A stretch of DNA of 64,000 nucleotides from assembly GCA_000990585.1 (NCBI GenBank), contig LBQD01000004.1:41707-105706 (forward strand), written 5' to 3'. Source of the DNA: Candidatus Moranbacteria bacterium GW2011_GWE2_35_2-. Its GTDB lineage: Bacteria > Patescibacteriota > Minisyncoccia > Moranbacterales > UBA9337. Below are positions 28,594-41,406 of the stretch, piece by piece (position 1 is the first letter of the stretch; each line of letters opens with the position of its first letter). The translations under genes were made by a program, and so were the position numbers. Below the pieces are notes generated by a model. It did no database searches. It was not told where the DNA came from and worked only from the letters and a program-made list of their open reading frames with translations.

Positions 28594-30357
28594 ATGAAAA
28601 AAAGAATTATAAAGTATTTAATTTCAGCCTTCTTATTGTTTGCTGTGTTTGCTTTTTCTTCGCATTACGGTCAACTTGATTCTTTTTTTCATAAAAGCGA
28701 CGAATATAAAATAGTTTCAGCTTATTTTGTCATCGCATTTCTTTTTGTGCTTAGTTTTATTGTTTTTTATGTTTCTCATGTAATCAAGCTTCCTTCTTTT
28801 GTTTTTGCAATATTTTTCGGTATTGCAGCTCATCCTATTTTAACTGTAATAACTCATGAAAAAGAAATATTAGGAATAATCGTGGGATTGGGAGCAACAC
28901 TCATTCTTTTCGGTGGCGGACTGGAAACTCCGTTTGAAAACTTCAAAAAAATTATTTGGAAAATATTCTCTCTTTCTTTTGTGGGACTTTTTTTGACGGC
29001 GATCTTGTTTTCTTTTTCCGTATATACGTTCTCTTTTTTATTTAATTTGCCGCTTTCTATAATGACTTCTGTTTTATTGGGGGCTATTTTAGCTTCAACT
29101 GATCCGGCGGCTATTATTCCTGTTTTGAAAAATTTAAGGTTTAAAAATAGAAATACAAAAGATATTGTTATTTCTGAAAGCGCAGTCACTGATGTTACTG
29201 GGACGTTATTAACTATTGTATTTTTATCTTTGATTGTTTCAAATGCTAACTTTTTAAAAATATCCGATTGGTATCTGGCTGTTTTTTCCCAACAAAGTGG
29301 CGTTGTGCTTTTTAAGCAACTTTTCTATGGAATATTTTTCGGAATTGTAGGCTATTTATTCTTGGAGTTTTTTATGAAAGTTAAAAAGAGATTTGAGCAA
29401 GAAAACGAAGCAGATTCAGCCTTTTTTCTTTTTGTTCCGATCGGCATATTCGCACTGGCTGTTTCTTTTGGCGGAAGTGGATATCTGGCGGCTTTTATTT
29501 GCGGACTTCTTTTTAATCTTACGGAGCATTTATATGAAACTGAAAGATTTTTTAATAATATTATTGATGGATTTCTTAAACCGACTATTTTTATATTATT
29601 AGGATCATTGATTAATGTCGATTCTCTCTTGGAATATGCTCCACTGGGAATTTTTTCCGCACTTGTTTTTATGTTTATTATCAGACCATTGACAGTATTT
29701 ATCTCTCTTGCGCCTTTCCGTTTTTTTGAAAAAAATAAATTGAGTTGGAGGGAATTGTTGTTTATTTCTTCGGTTCGTGAAACCGGAGCTATTCCGGCAG
29801 TTCTTATGATGACTGTCGCAAGTCTTGGTCTTTCGGAAATTTCCGGTTTGGTTGAGGTTGGAATGTGGGTTATTTTAATGACACTTATCATAGAGCCACT
29901 TTTAACTCCACATATCGCTAAATTTTTAAAAGTTGCTAAGCCGATTATCGATAATAAGAAAATAAATCTAAACGGATCACCGACAGCGGTTTTGGTTTCG
30001 AGAGGCAAATCATTTATCGAAAGACTTCCTTTTGCAACTGAATGGATGTCGATGCACGGAATAAAAAAATTATATATCTTACTTTGCTTGGAAAATAAAT
30101 ACTCGACTGCTCTTTCTGCTGAAATAGAAAATTTGGCAAAAAATGAATTTCAAAAAATGAACGTTGTTCAAATGGAAAAAGATCTTCCGGAAATCGAATT
30201 CTCCTTTATTAGTCGTAAAGGATTTTTGCATTCAAATATAGAGCGAATATCGAAAGAAAATAAAAATGTTTCAGTTATTTTTGTTGGTAAAAAAATGTTG
30301 GATTATCGTCTTAATGAAATAAGGAATCTCGCCATTCCTTTTTATTTTTTGGATTGA
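28594..30357 (+). CDS. Cation:proton antiporter (Na+/H+ exchanger, CPA1-like) with C-terminal cytoplasmic domain
   Basis: About 11 TM helices, GGLETP, ASTDPAAIIPVLKNL-type motifs; ORF track starts at 28471 but MKKRII at 28594 more plausible. Confidence 0.65.
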   Translation: MKKRIIKYLISAFLLFAVFAFSSHYGQLDSFFHKSDEYKIVSAYFVIAFLFVLSFIVFYVSHVIKLPSFVFAIFFGIAAHPILTVITHEKEILGIIVGLGATLILFGGGLETPFENFKKIIWKIFSLSFVGLFLTAILFSFSVYTFSFLFNLPLSIMTSVLLGAILASTDPAAIIPVLKNLRFKNRNTKDIVISESAVTDVTGTLLTIVFLSLIVSNANFLKISDWYLAVFSQQSGVVLFKQLFYGIFFGIVGYLFLEFFMKVKKRFEQENEADSAFFLFVPIGIFALAVSFGGSGYLAAFICGLLFNLTEHLYETERFFNNIIDGFLKPTIFILLGSLINVDSLLEYAPLGIFSALVFMFIIRPLTVFISLAPFRFFEKNKLSWRELLFISSVRETGAIPAVLMMTVASLGLSEISGLVEVGMWVILMTLIIEPLLTPHIAKFLKVAKPIIDNKKINLNGSPTAVLVSRGKSFIERLPFATEWMSMHGIKKLYILLCLENKYSTALSAEIENLAKNEFQKMNVVQMEKDLPEIEFSFISRKGFLHSNIERISKENKNVSVIFVGKKMLDYRLNEIRNLAIPFYFLD

Positions 30358-30398
30358 AGTTTGGCGATGTTGTTTTTCATATAAGTTTAATGAAGTTG

Positions 30399-30428
30399 AC
30401 TTTTTTGTCGAATGCTAATATAATAGGC
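30399..30428 (+). promoter_or_regulatory. Strong sigma70-like promoter TTGACT-17-TATAAT for the ATP synthase operon
   Basis: gTTGACTtttttgtcgaatgctaaTATAATagg. Confidence 0.5.
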
Positions 30429-30457
30429 TATGTTTGTAAGGAATTAAAAGAAAAGAA

Positions 30458-30691
30458 TTGAAAATAGAGGACGATAGAAAATCAAAGAGGCAAAGTATTG
30501 TTTTTTCTTTGGCATTTGAATTGGGCTTCATGATTGCGGTTCCGATTGTCATCTTTTCTTTGTTAGGTGGATTTTTGGATAAAAAAATGGAAACCTCGCC
30601 TATTTTTATTTTAATCGGCGTATTTATTTCTATTTTTGTTTCCGGCTATTCAATTTATCAAAAAATAAAATCCATCACAGATAATCAATAA
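30458..30691 (+). CDS. ATP synthase protein I/AtpZ-like small membrane protein
   Basis: 77 aa, two TM helices, immediately upstream of atpB. Confidence 0.55.
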   Translation: MKIEDDRKSKRQSIVFSLAFELGFMIAVPIVIFSLLGGFLDKKMETSPIFILIGVFISIFVSGYSIYQKIKSITDNQ

Positions 30692-30700
30692 ATTTCTAAT

Positions 30701-31465
30701 TTGAATATGGAAATTTCATTAGCTCCGGAATTACTATTCGATATTTTCGGTTTTCCGGTAACCAATTCTTTTTTCACAACCGTACTTGTTGTTTTTTGTA
30801 TCATCATTGCTTCTTTTGTGCTAAGTCGAAAGATATCTCAAAAACCGAAAGGATTTCAGAATTTAGTAGAATTTGTTCTAGAATCAATTTTGAATTTGGC
30901 GGATAATGTTACTGGAAGCAGAAAGAAAAGCAAAAAATTTTTTCCTCTTGTGGCAACTATATTCATTTTGGTTATTATTTCAAATTGGGCAGGGCTTATT
31001 CCTGCTCTTATTCCCGGAGGAACATTGGGAATAAATGAGATTCATCATGGAGAAAAGGTTCTTATTCCTTTCATAAGAAGTGGTAGTGCCGATTTGAATA
31101 TGACATTATCGATTGCTTTGATCTCTGTTATTGCCGCTCAAATAATGGGGGTGGCAATGATAGGCGGAAAGCATTATGCGGGTAAATTTTTCGTGAGTCC
31201 TTTGAAAAAGCCTTATTTTATCGGAACATTCGTAGGTATATTGGAAATTATTTCTGAATTTGCGAAGATAATTTCATTTTCTTTTCGTTTATTCGGAAAT
31301 GTTTTTGCAGGAGAGGTTCTACTCACGGTAATGTTGATGCTGGTTCCATATTTCGCACCATTGCCGTTTTTATTTTTGGAAATATTTGTCGGTTTTGTTC
31401 AGGCATTGGTTTTTTCTATGCTCACATTGGTTTTTTTGAAAATGGCAACAGAAACAGCGCATTAA
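30701..31465 (+). CDS. atpB: F0F1 ATP synthase subunit a
   Basis: RLFGNVFAGEVLL motif, 5-6 TM helices. Confidence 0.9.
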   Translation: MNMEISLAPELLFDIFGFPVTNSFFTTVLVVFCIIIASFVLSRKISQKPKGFQNLVEFVLESILNLADNVTGSRKKSKKFFPLVATIFILVIISNWAGLIPALIPGGTLGINEIHHGEKVLIPFIRSGSADLNMTLSIALISVIAAQIMGVAMIGGKHYAGKFFVSPLKKPYFIGTFVGILEIISEFAKIISFSFRLFGNVFAGEVLLTVMLMLVPYFAPLPFLFLEIFVGFVQALVFSMLTLVFLKMATETAH

Positions 31466-31499
31466 AAGATGTAATTTATAATTAATTAATTAATTTTAA

Positions 31500-31775
<276 letters not shown>

Positions 31776-31860
31776 TTTTTGGCGATGATCACAAACAGCG
31801 AACAGGTTATGTTCGCTGAAATGCGATTGTGGCATTAACAAATTTTTATTTTTTAAGCAT

Positions 31861-32355
31861 ATGGAATTATTGTCAAATTTGGGAATAAATTCAAAATTGG
31901 TTTTGGCGCAAATAATCAATTTTTTTGTTTTATTATATATTTTGAAAAAGTTTGTCTATAAGCCGATTCTAAAAATTTTAGAGGAAAGAAGCGATAAAAT
32001 AGAAAAAGGATTGAAAGATGCTGAAGAATCTTCTAAAAAATTGAAAGAAATCGAAGAAAAAGAAAAAAAAGTTCTTACTATTGCAAAAAAAGAAGCACAA
32101 GGAATAATTGCTTCCGCTGAGCAATCCGCCAAGGCGGTCAAAAAGGAAATAGAAGATGATGCAAAAAATAGGGTTGAAAAAATATTACAAGACGCGAATA
32201 AGAAATTAGAAGAAGAAAGGATGAAAATGATTTCAGAGGTGAAGACGGAGATGGCAAATCTGGTTGTATTGGCGACAGAAAAAATAATTAATGAAAAACT
32301 TTCTGAGGAAAAGGATAAAAAATTGGTTGAAAAAATAATTGATGAATTGGGTTAA
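31861..32355 (+). CDS. atpF: F0F1 ATP synthase subunit b
   Basis: N-terminal TM helix then long charged coiled coil; position in operon. Confidence 0.8.
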   Translation: MELLSNLGINSKLVLAQIINFFVLLYILKKFVYKPILKILEERSDKIEKGLKDAEESSKKLKEIEEKEKKVLTIAKKEAQGIIASAEQSAKAVKKEIEDDAKNRVEKILQDANKKLEEERMKMISEVKTEMANLVVLATEKIINEKLSEEKDKKLVEKIIDELG

Positions 32356-32366
32356 TTCGGAAATTT

Positions 32367-32768
32367 ATGAAAGTAAACATAAGACAATATGCTAGGGCAT
32401 TATATGAATTGACTGCCGGAAAATCGGAGCAAGAAATTGATAGTGCTGTTGTTGGTTTTGTAAAAATTTTGACAAAAAACAGGCAAGCAGGTCAAGCGAG
32501 TAAGATTATTAAAAAATTTAATGATATTTATAATAAAGAAAATGGCGTTATTGAAGCGGAAATAGAGATGAAATATAAAATGCAAGATGCGCAAAAAAAG
32601 CAGGTTGAGGAATTTATTGAAAAAAAATATAATGCAAAAGAAATTATTTTAAGGAGTGTTGTTAGTGAGAAGGTTGGCAGTGGAATGATTTTGAGGATTG
32701 GAGATGAAATTATGGATGGAAGTACAAAAAGGCAATTGCAAGAGTTGAGAAATAATCTAATTGTATAA
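32367..32768 (+). CDS. atpH: F0F1 ATP synthase subunit delta (short form, 133 aa)
   Basis: Operon position between b and alpha; YARALYELT N-terminus; shorter than canonical OSCP. Confidence 0.65.
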   Translation: MKVNIRQYARALYELTAGKSEQEIDSAVVGFVKILTKNRQAGQASKIIKKFNDIYNKENGVIEAEIEMKYKMQDAQKKQVEEFIEKKYNAKEIILRSVVSEKVGSGMILRIGDEIMDGSTKRQLQELRNNLIV

Positions 32769-32828
32769 AAATTTATAAAAAGTCAAAAAATAGAAATTAA
32801 TCGGATATAAAAAATTTATCTAAAAATT

Positions 32829-34355
32829 ATGGAAAAATCTAACGAAACAAGTAAAGATTATATTATTAATCAGCTGAAAAAACAAATTGAAAATTTCGAG
32901 ACCGGAGTACGTTCCGAGAAAGTCGGAAAGGTCATTGAAATTGGAGACGGAGTTGCTCGCGTTTCCGGACTTGGAGATGTTATGGCATCGGAAATGGTGG
33001 AATTTCCAGGCGGAGTTATCGGTGTGGCGCTCAATTTGGAAGAAGATCAAGTTGGCGCGATGATTTTGGGCGAATACAAAGGAATTAAGGAAGGAGACGA
33101 AGTTAGATCTACGGGAAAAATTCTTTCTGTTCCAGTAGGAGAAATGATGATTGGAAGAGTAGTTAATCCTTTAGGTGAAGCAATTGACGGTAAAGGTGAA
33201 ATAAAGTCAGAAACTTTTTATCCGGTGGAAAAGGTGGCTCCCGGAGTTATTACTCGTAAATCAGTGAGCGTACCTGTGCAGACGGGAATTAAAGCGATTG
33301 ATGCAGTTATCCCGGTAGGGCGTGGTCAGCGTGAACTTATCATTGGAGACAGACAAACCGGAAAAACGGCTATAGCAATTGATACAATTATCAATCAGAA
33401 GGGGCAAGATTTGATTTGTATTTATGTAGCAATTGGACAAAAGGAATCTAAAATTGCCAGAATAGTAGCTGAATTGGAAAAACGTGGGGCAATGGAACAT
33501 ACAATTATGGTAGTGGCGGGAGCATCTGATCCGGCAGCTTTGTCATTTATTTCTCCGTATTCCGGGTGTGCAATGGGAGAATATTTTTTAGATAAAGGAA
33601 AAGATGTTTTGATAATTTATGATGATTTGAGTAAACATGCTTGGGCATATCGACAAATTTCTTTGATTCTTCGCCGTCCGCCGGGACGTGAAGCATATCC
33701 GGGAGATATTTTTTATTTGCATTCTCGACTTTTGGAAAGATCAGCTCGTCTTAATGAAAATTTTGGCGGAGGTTCAATTACGGCTTTGCCGATTATTGAA
33801 ACGCAAGCCGGAGATGTGTCTGCCTATATTCCGACTAATGTTATTTCTATTACTGACGGACAGATTTATTTAGAGACGGATCTTTTCTATAAAGGTATTC
33901 GACCAGCTTTAAATGTTGGTCTTTCTGTTTCTCGTGTGGGATCGGCGGCACAAACCAAGGTAATGAAAAAGGTGGCCGGAAAATTGCGTCTTGATTTGGC
34001 GCAGTTTCGTGAATTGGAAGCTTTTGCTCAGTTTGGCAGTGATTTGGATGAAAATACAAAAAAACAAATTGAACGCGGAAGAAGGACTGTGGAAATTCTA
34101 AAGCAGGATCAATATGAACCGATGGCAATGCCAAATCAAGTGGCGATTTTGTATGCTTTGACTAACGGGTTTTTGGATGATGTGGAAGTGGAAAAAATAA
34201 AAGCATGGGAAAATGATTTTCATAAATATCTGAAAACATCAAATAAGGAAATCTTAAATTCGATTGCAGAAAAGAAAGAATTGTCAGATGAGATTGTAGT
34301 TGCTTTAGAAAAAGCGATCAATGAATTTAAAGAAGTTTATCAAAATGGAAATTAG
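32829..34355 (+). CDS. atpA: F0F1 ATP synthase subunit alpha
   Basis: [19 protein letters not shown] (P-loop), [44 protein letters not shown]. Confidence 0.95.
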   Translation: MEKSNETSKDYIINQLKKQIENFETGVRSEKVGKVIEIGDGVARVSGLGDVMASEMVEFPGGVIGVALNLEEDQVGAMILGEYKGIKEGDEVRSTGKILSVPVGEMMIGRVVNPLGEAIDGKGEIKSETFYPVEKVAPGVITRKSVSVPVQTGIKAIDAVIPVGRGQRELIIGDRQTGKTAIAIDTIINQKGQDLICIYVAIGQKESKIARIVAELEKRGAMEHTIMVVAGASDPAALSFISPYSGCAMGEYFLDKGKDVLIIYDDLSKHAWAYRQISLILRRPPGREAYPGDIFYLHSRLLERSARLNENFGGGSITALPIIETQAGDVSAYIPTNVISITDGQIYLETDLFYKGIRPALNVGLSVSRVGSAAQTKVMKKVAGKLRLDLAQFRELEAFAQFGSDLDENTKKQIERGRRTVEILKQDQYEPMAMPNQVAILYALTNGFLDDVEVEKIKAWENDFHKYLKTSNKEILNSIAEKKELSDEIVVALEKAINEFKEVYQNGN

Positions 34356-34492
34356 AATTAATTTCTAATTTTCAATTTTTAATTTCTAAATAATTTTTAA
34401 TGACCAAATTACTAAATTTTTAAACATTTCAAAATTGATAAATTGAAAATTGTTTAGAAATTTAAAATTGTGAATTGAAAATTTTGTGGATT

Positions 34493-35443
34493 ATGGCAAG
34501 TACAAGAGATATTAGGCGGCGTATAAAATCAGTGGGAAATACCCAAAAAATCACTCGAGCGATGGAGATGGTGAGTGCTGCCAAAATGAGAAAATCAGTA
34601 GCGAGTGTTTTGGCGATTCGCCCCTATGCGCATGCCGCTTGGAGCGTTCTTACTAATTTGTCGCGGGCTTTTTCGGAATATCGAACGGGGCTTTTGGAAG
34701 TGCGTGAAGTGAAGCGCGTACTGGCGGTTGCGATAACATCCAATAAGGGATTGTGTGGAGCATTCAATGCGCAGATTGCCAAAAAAATCAGAGAGGAAAT
34801 TTTCAGTCCGGAAAAACTTAGTATAAATAGGATCGGAAATAAGAAGATAATTTCCGATTTAAAAGATATTGAAATTGATTTCATTACAATTGGAAAAAAA
34901 GGAGAAAACGTAGTGCGCAAAGCTGGAAAAAATATTATTGCGTCTTTTAATGATTTGGCATATTTGCCTCAAATTGAAGATGTGCGAAGCATAAGTAAAC
35001 TCGTGATGGATGATTATCTGGAAAAGAAATATGATAAAGTCGTGGTTTTTTATACAGATTATGTTTCTGCTATGAGTCAACAGACAAAAGTAAGACAGCT
35101 TTTGCCGATTTCTAAAATAGATTTGGAAAAGCAGATTGCCGAGATGGATGTTTTAGCAAAAGAATATGGATTAAATGAACCGATAAGAGAATATAAAGTT
35201 GAACCGTCCCCGGAAACTGTTTTGGAATATATTTTTCCACGTTTGATTGAAATGCAAATTTACCATGCTATTTTGGAATCCAATGCTTCCAAAGAATCAG
35301 CGCGAATGATGGCGATGCGCGGAGCGACAGAGGCAGCTGGTGAAATGAAAGAAGATTTGACATTTGCATATAACCAAATCAGGCAGATGAAAATTACCCA
35401 AGAAATCGCAGAGATTTCAGCCGGACGGGCAGCATTGGAATAG
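34493..35443 (+). CDS. atpG: F0F1 ATP synthase subunit gamma
   Basis: MASTRDIRRRIKSVGNTQKITRAMEMVSAAKMRK; C-terminal ...EIAEISAG.AAL; ORF track start 34475, ATG at 34493 more likely. Confidence 0.9.
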   Translation: MASTRDIRRRIKSVGNTQKITRAMEMVSAAKMRKSVASVLAIRPYAHAAWSVLTNLSRAFSEYRTGLLEVREVKRVLAVAITSNKGLCGAFNAQIAKKIREEIFSPEKLSINRIGNKKIISDLKDIEIDFITIGKKGENVVRKAGKNIIASFNDLAYLPQIEDVRSISKLVMDDYLEKKYDKVVVFYTDYVSAMSQQTKVRQLLPISKIDLEKQIAEMDVLAKEYGLNEPIREYKVEPSPETVLEYIFPRLIEMQIYHAILESNASKESARMMAMRGATEAAGEMKEDLTFAYNQIRQMKITQEIAEISAGRAALE

Positions 35444-35504
35444 ATTTAAAATGTAAAATGCAAATTTCAAAATGACAAATCAAAGTTTATAAATTATTTA
35501 ATGA

Positions 35505-36905
<1,401 letters not shown>

Positions 36906-36911
36906 GAATTT

Positions 36912-37352
36912 ATGTCGGAAAAAAATATTAAATTAAAAATAATCACTCCGGAAAAGACTGTTTATGAGGGAAAAGTTTCACAAGCAACTCTTCCGGTTAC
37001 GGATGGAGAGGTTACTATTTTGCCAAATCATCGTTCATATATCGCTTCGCTAAAAGCAGGGGAAATTTATTTGAAAGTTTTAAACGAAGATGTATATATG
37101 GCGGTTTCCGGTGGATTTATTGAATTTGATCAAGATAAATTAACCGTTCTTGCTGATACCGCGGAACGGGCGGAAGAAATTGATATTAAAAGAGCAGAAG
37201 AGGCGCGAAAAAGAGCGGAAGAATTGAAAAAAGAAAAAATAGAAATGGATGACGCCGAGTATGCGCGGGTGGCGGCGGCAGTCGAAAAGGAATTAGCGAG
37301 AATAAAAGTTGGAAGAAAGCATCGCACGCGCCATGGAATGAAACTGGATTAA
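36912..37352 (+). CDS. atpC: F0F1 ATP synthase subunit epsilon
   Basis: Beta-sandwich N-terminus (LKIITPEKTVYEGKVSQATLPVTDGEVTILPNH) plus helical tail. Confidence 0.85.
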   Translation: MSEKNIKLKIITPEKTVYEGKVSQATLPVTDGEVTILPNHRSYIASLKAGEIYLKVLNEDVYMAVSGGFIEFDQDKLTVLADTAERAEEIDIKRAEEARKRAEELKKEKIEMDDAEYARVAAAVEKELARIKVGRKHRTRHGMKLD

Positions 37353-37457
37353 GTTATTGTGCATAAATAATGACAGTTTTTTCAAATTCGTCTTTTAGGC
37401 GGATTTTTTTTATGCTATAATTTGTATATAGATAGAATAATTTAAAAAAATAAAAAT

Positions 37458-38399
37458 ATGAACGAGCAAATTAAAAAATGGATAAAAATAGGCGGAATTG
37501 TTTTTTTGGCGGTTTTTATTATTGGACTTTGGAATATTATCGTCGGAACGGAAAAATCAAAAATAAACGATTTGTCTGTAGATTATTCCGAGGAAGGAAA
37601 TATTGGCGTCGGTCGGATGGGAGGGATGAATTTGAGCACGCAAAGTGCAAAAGAAACGGCGGTTGCTCCTATGGATGTATCTGAGAATATGACGGAAAAT
37701 CAGGGAATTTCTCAAGATAAAAGAGTTATCAAGGACGGAACTCTTTCGCTTAAGGTAAAAAGAACAGAAGAAGCTGTTTCGGAAATTGCTGAAATCGTCA
37801 AAAGGAAAGGCGGAGAAATTTTTTCCACTAATTTGAATGAATTTTCTAAGGGTCAAAAAAGCGGAATGGTAGTCGTGAAGGTTCCGGTACGCGAATTTGA
37901 AATAGCGATTTCGGAAATAAAAAAAGTGGCAACGCAGGTGGTGAATGAATATACCAGCGGACAAGATGTGACGGAGCAATATGTCGATTTGCAAGCACAG
38001 CTCAAGAACAAACAAGCGGAAGAACAAACTTTTGTCGGGCTTTTGGATCGCAGTGGAAAATTGGATGATGTTTTGGCGGTGACGCGGGAAATTTCCCGAG
38101 TGCGAGGAGAGATCGAAAGATTGCAAGGAAAAATTCGCTATTTGGAATCGCAAACGGATATGGCGACTATTGCAATTTCACTCAGTGAAGATGTGGAAGT
38201 GGCGCCAGTTGGCAGTGGATGGCGTCCGGGGCAAGTATTCAAGCAGGCGGTTTCCGATTTGGTAAAAAGCGCGCAAGGTTTTGTGGATAACTTGATTCGA
38301 TTTTTAATTATCGGATTACCTTCAATTGTTGTATTTTTGATTATTTTTTGGATTGCTTGGCTGGTAATTAAGAAAATTACCACAAGGCTTAAGGGATAA
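37458..38399 (+). CDS. DUF4349-like membrane-anchored protein
   Basis: N- and C-terminal TM helices flanking a soluble domain with coiled coil (SLKVKRTEEAVSEIAEIV...RVRGEIERLQGKIRYLESQT), architecture typical of DUF4349. Confidence 0.45.
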   Translation: MNEQIKKWIKIGGIVFLAVFIIGLWNIIVGTEKSKINDLSVDYSEEGNIGVGRMGGMNLSTQSAKETAVAPMDVSENMTENQGISQDKRVIKDGTLSLKVKRTEEAVSEIAEIVKRKGGEIFSTNLNEFSKGQKSGMVVVKVPVREFEIAISEIKKVATQVVNEYTSGQDVTEQYVDLQAQLKNKQAEEQTFVGLLDRSGKLDDVLAVTREISRVRGEIERLQGKIRYLESQTDMATIAISLSEDVEVAPVGSGWRPGQVFKQAVSDLVKSAQGFVDNLIRFLIIGLPSIVVFLIIFWIAWLVIKKITTRLKG

Positions 38400-38463
38400 A
38401 ATTATATTTCAGAAGAAAATAATAGTTCTAATTCGATTATGAAACAGTAGTGGATAAAAAACA

Positions 38464-38487
38464 AAAATCCCCCGAGGGGGATTTTTG
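38464..38487. terminator. Bidirectional rho-independent terminator AAAAATCCCCC-GAG-GGGGATTTTT
   Basis: Perfect 11-bp stem including A/T runs. Confidence 0.65.
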
Positions 38488-38662
38488 TTTTCAAATTTCA
38501 GCGTTGTGAATTTTGAATTAAACCGCGTTGCGCAACAAATTTTATTGTATTATTTTTCCCTTACAGCGTCAATGACGAAATGTGAATTATAATATGAATA
38601 GGTTGAAAAAAAAGGAGAAATGGGATAGGATGGGGATATTAAATGCTTAAAAAAGAAACTTT

Positions 38663-41341
38663 ATGGAAAAATATAATCCGCAGGAAATTGAGAAAAAATG
38701 GCAGAAGATTTGGGAAAAAAATAAAGCTTCTAAAATGGATAAGGATAATTTGAAAAAGAAGTTTTATGTTTTAGATATGTTTCCGTATCCTTCGGGAACG
38801 GGACTGCATATGGGGCATACGGAAAGTTATACCGCCAGCGATGTTTTTTACCGCTTCAAGAAAATGCAAGGTTTCAATGTTCTTCATCCGCAAGGATTTG
38901 ATTCCTTCGGACTTCCGGCGGAAAATTTCGCCATCAAGACCGGAATCCACCCATCCGAAACAACTAAGAAGAATATGGAAAACTATATCCGGCAGATGAA
39001 GTCGCTGGGTTTTGCGTATGATTTTGACGAACAGGCGGTTACTTCTGATCCGGGTTATTACAAGTGGACGCAGTGGATTTTCGGGAAATTTTTCGAAAAC
39101 GGATTGGTGTATAAAAAAACAACCAAAACGAACTGGTGCCGATCTTGCCAGACGGTGATTGCCAACGAGCAAGTAGCGGAAGGCAAATGCGAGCGTTGCG
39201 GAACCGATATCGAACTCAAGGAAGTGCCGAGTTGGTTTTTCAAAATCACCGATTTTGCCGAAGAACTTATCAATGATTTGGACAAAGTTGATTGGCCGGA
39301 ACATACGAAGAAGAATCAGAGAAATTGGATCGGGAAATCGGAGGGAGCGACCGTTTCATTTGAAATTAAAATTTCAAATGAAAACGGAATTTCCAATGAT
39401 AAATTTCCAATTTCCAATCAATTTTCAAATTCAAATAATCAAATTCCAAAACAAACCATAGAAGTTTTTACTACCAGAGTAGACACGATTTTCGGTTGCA
39501 CCTATTTGGTGGTGGCGCCGGAACATCCCTTGATTAAGAATCAAGAATTGGGAATCAAGAATCAAGATGAGATAGGGGAGTATGTTAAAAAAGCGAAAAA
39601 CAAGACCGAGCTGGATCGGATGGAGGCCAAGGACAAGACTGGAGTGGAAATCAAAGGAATCAAGGCGGTTAATCCTTTCAATGGCGAGCAAGTTCCGGTT
39701 TTTGTCGCCGATTATGTTTTGGGCGGTTATGGAACCGGAGCGGTAATGGCAGTACCGGCGCATGATGAGAGAGACTGGGAATTTGCCAAAAAATATGAAT
39801 TGCCAATCAGGTATGTAATTGCTCCTCTCTGTGGAAGCTACCAACGACCATCAATGAATGATTATAAAACATATGAAACATTAGAGGGATTAAAAAAACA
39901 AATCATAAACGATAAAAATGATGAGGTTGTTAAATCTATTTTAACGGAATGCAAAATTTCTAAGAAGGCTCATATTAATGATGGGATTACAATTTATTCA
40001 GATAAATATTCATTTTTAAATTCAGAACAGGCTCGTCAAAAAATGACGGAGTGGTTGAAAAAAGAAGGTCTTGGAAAAAAGATTGTGAATTACCGTTTGC
40101 GGGATTGGTCGATTTCAAGACAGAGATATTGGGGTTGTCCGATTCCGATTGTGTATTCTCCGAAAGGAGAAGCACGTTTTGTCGGCGAGGAAAATTTGCC
40201 TTGGACGCTTCCGGCGGACGTGGATTTCGTGCCGACCGGAGTAGCGCCGCTGGCAAAATCAGAGGAGCTGAAAAAGCGCGTGGAAAATATTTTTGGAAAA
40301 GGCTGGACTGCCGAATACGACACGATGGATACTTTTGTGGATTCATCCTGGTATTTTTTGCGTTATTCCGATCCGCATGATGATAAAGCTTTTTGTTCCA
40401 AGGAAAGATTGGAATGGTTGCCGGTGGATTTGTATATCGGCGGGGCGGAACACACCTATATGCATCTGCTTTTCGCCAGATTTTTTGTCAAAGCGATGAA
40501 AAAAATCGGATTGCTGGATTTTGACGAACCGTTTTTGAAACTCCGCCATCAAGGAATGGTTTTGGACGCGCAAGGAAAAAAGATGTCAAAATCCAAAGGT
40601 AATGTTGTCAATCCGGATGAAATGATTGAAAAATTCGGAGCGGACAGCGTGAGGACGTATATGCTTTTTGCGGCGCCTTTGGAAGATGAGGTGATGTGGA
40701 ATGAACAGAATATTGTGGGAGTGTATCGTTTTTTTGAGAAGGTTTGGAATTATGTAGAAAGCTGGAATGAATCTTACGAAAAAGATATTGCAGATAATAA
40801 AAATAATATCGAATTTTATAAAAAAAGTGGAGATGATGGTCCGGATTTCAGAACAGCAAGCAGACTTCATAAAACCATTAAGAAAGTTTCGGAAGATATT
40901 GAAAATCTTAAGTTTAATACGGCTGTTTCCCAGTTAATGATTTTTGTTAATTATATCAGAGAAGATAAAGGGATAGGAAAATTTTTAAAAGAATCAATGG
41001 ATGTTCCTATGACAATACCTCAATTGGAAAAACTTATTATTCTTTTATCTCCGTTTGCTCCGCATATTACTGAAGAGCTTTGGGAGAAATTGGGACATAA
41101 AGAATCCATTTTCAATGAAGAATGGCCGGAGTATGACGAAAAATTGATTGCCGATGAGGAAGTTGAAATGGTAGTTCAAGTGAATGGAAAAGTACGCGAT
41201 AAGATAATTGTGAGCGCGGACATCTCCGAAGACGATGCCAAACAAAAAGCGCTTTCAAGTGAAAAAGTGCAAGCGCATCTTTCGGGCGAAGTGAAGAAAA
41301 TTATTTTTGTGAAAGGAAAACTTGTTAATGTTGTCGTATAA
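38663..41341 (+). CDS. leuS: Leucine--tRNA ligase
   Basis: MEKYNPQEIEKKWQKIW, FPYPSGTGLHMGHTESY (HIGH), editing domain TTRVDTIFGCTYLVVAPEHP, KMSKSKGNVV. In-frame repeat-derived insertion at about 39384-39470 (KISNENGISNDKFPISNQFSNSNNQIPKQ). Confidence 0.95.
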   Translation: MEKYNPQEIEKKWQKIWEKNKASKMDKDNLKKKFYVLDMFPYPSGTGLHMGHTESYTASDVFYRFKKMQGFNVLHPQGFDSFGLPAENFAIKTGIHPSETTKKNMENYIRQMKSLGFAYDFDEQAVTSDPGYYKWTQWIFGKFFENGLVYKKTTKTNWCRSCQTVIANEQVAEGKCERCGTDIELKEVPSWFFKITDFAEELINDLDKVDWPEHTKKNQRNWIGKSEGATVSFEIKISNENGISNDKFPISNQFSNSNNQIPKQTIEVFTTRVDTIFGCTYLVVAPEHPLIKNQELGIKNQDEIGEYVKKAKNKTELDRMEAKDKTGVEIKGIKAVNPFNGEQVPVFVADYVLGGYGTGAVMAVPAHDERDWEFAKKYELPIRYVIAPLCGSYQRPSMNDYKTYETLEGLKKQIINDKNDEVVKSILTECKISKKAHINDGITIYSDKYSFLNSEQARQKMTEWLKKEGLGKKIVNYRLRDWSISRQRYWGCPIPIVYSPKGEARFVGEENLPWTLPADVDFVPTGVAPLAKSEELKKRVENIFGKGWTAEYDTMDTFVDSSWYFLRYSDPHDDKAFCSKERLEWLPVDLYIGGAEHTYMHLLFARFFVKAMKKIGLLDFDEPFLKLRHQGMVLDAQGKKMSKSKGNVVNPDEMIEKFGADSVRTYMLFAAPLEDEVMWNEQNIVGVYRFFEKVWNYVESWNESYEKDIADNKNNIEFYKKSGDDGPDFRTASRLHKTIKKVSEDIENLKFNTAVSQLMIFVNYIREDKGIGKFLKESMDVPMTIPQLEKLIILLSPFAPHITEELWEKLGHKESIFNEEWPEYDEKLIADEEVEMVVQVNGKVRDKIIVSADISEDDAKQKALSSEKVQAHLSGEVKKIIFVKGKLVNVVV

Positions 41342-41406
41342 AAAAACCACCCATACCGACTATGTTACTGTCGATAGAGGGGTGATGGAAATTTTTTCCT
41401 TGAGGT

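Noticed and set aside
38617-38640. Tiny upstream ORFs (MG*, MGILNA*) before leuS as a leader-peptide attenuator
   Set aside because: No leucine codons and no alternative terminator/antiterminator pairing discernible; likely chance ATGs near the leuS RBS.
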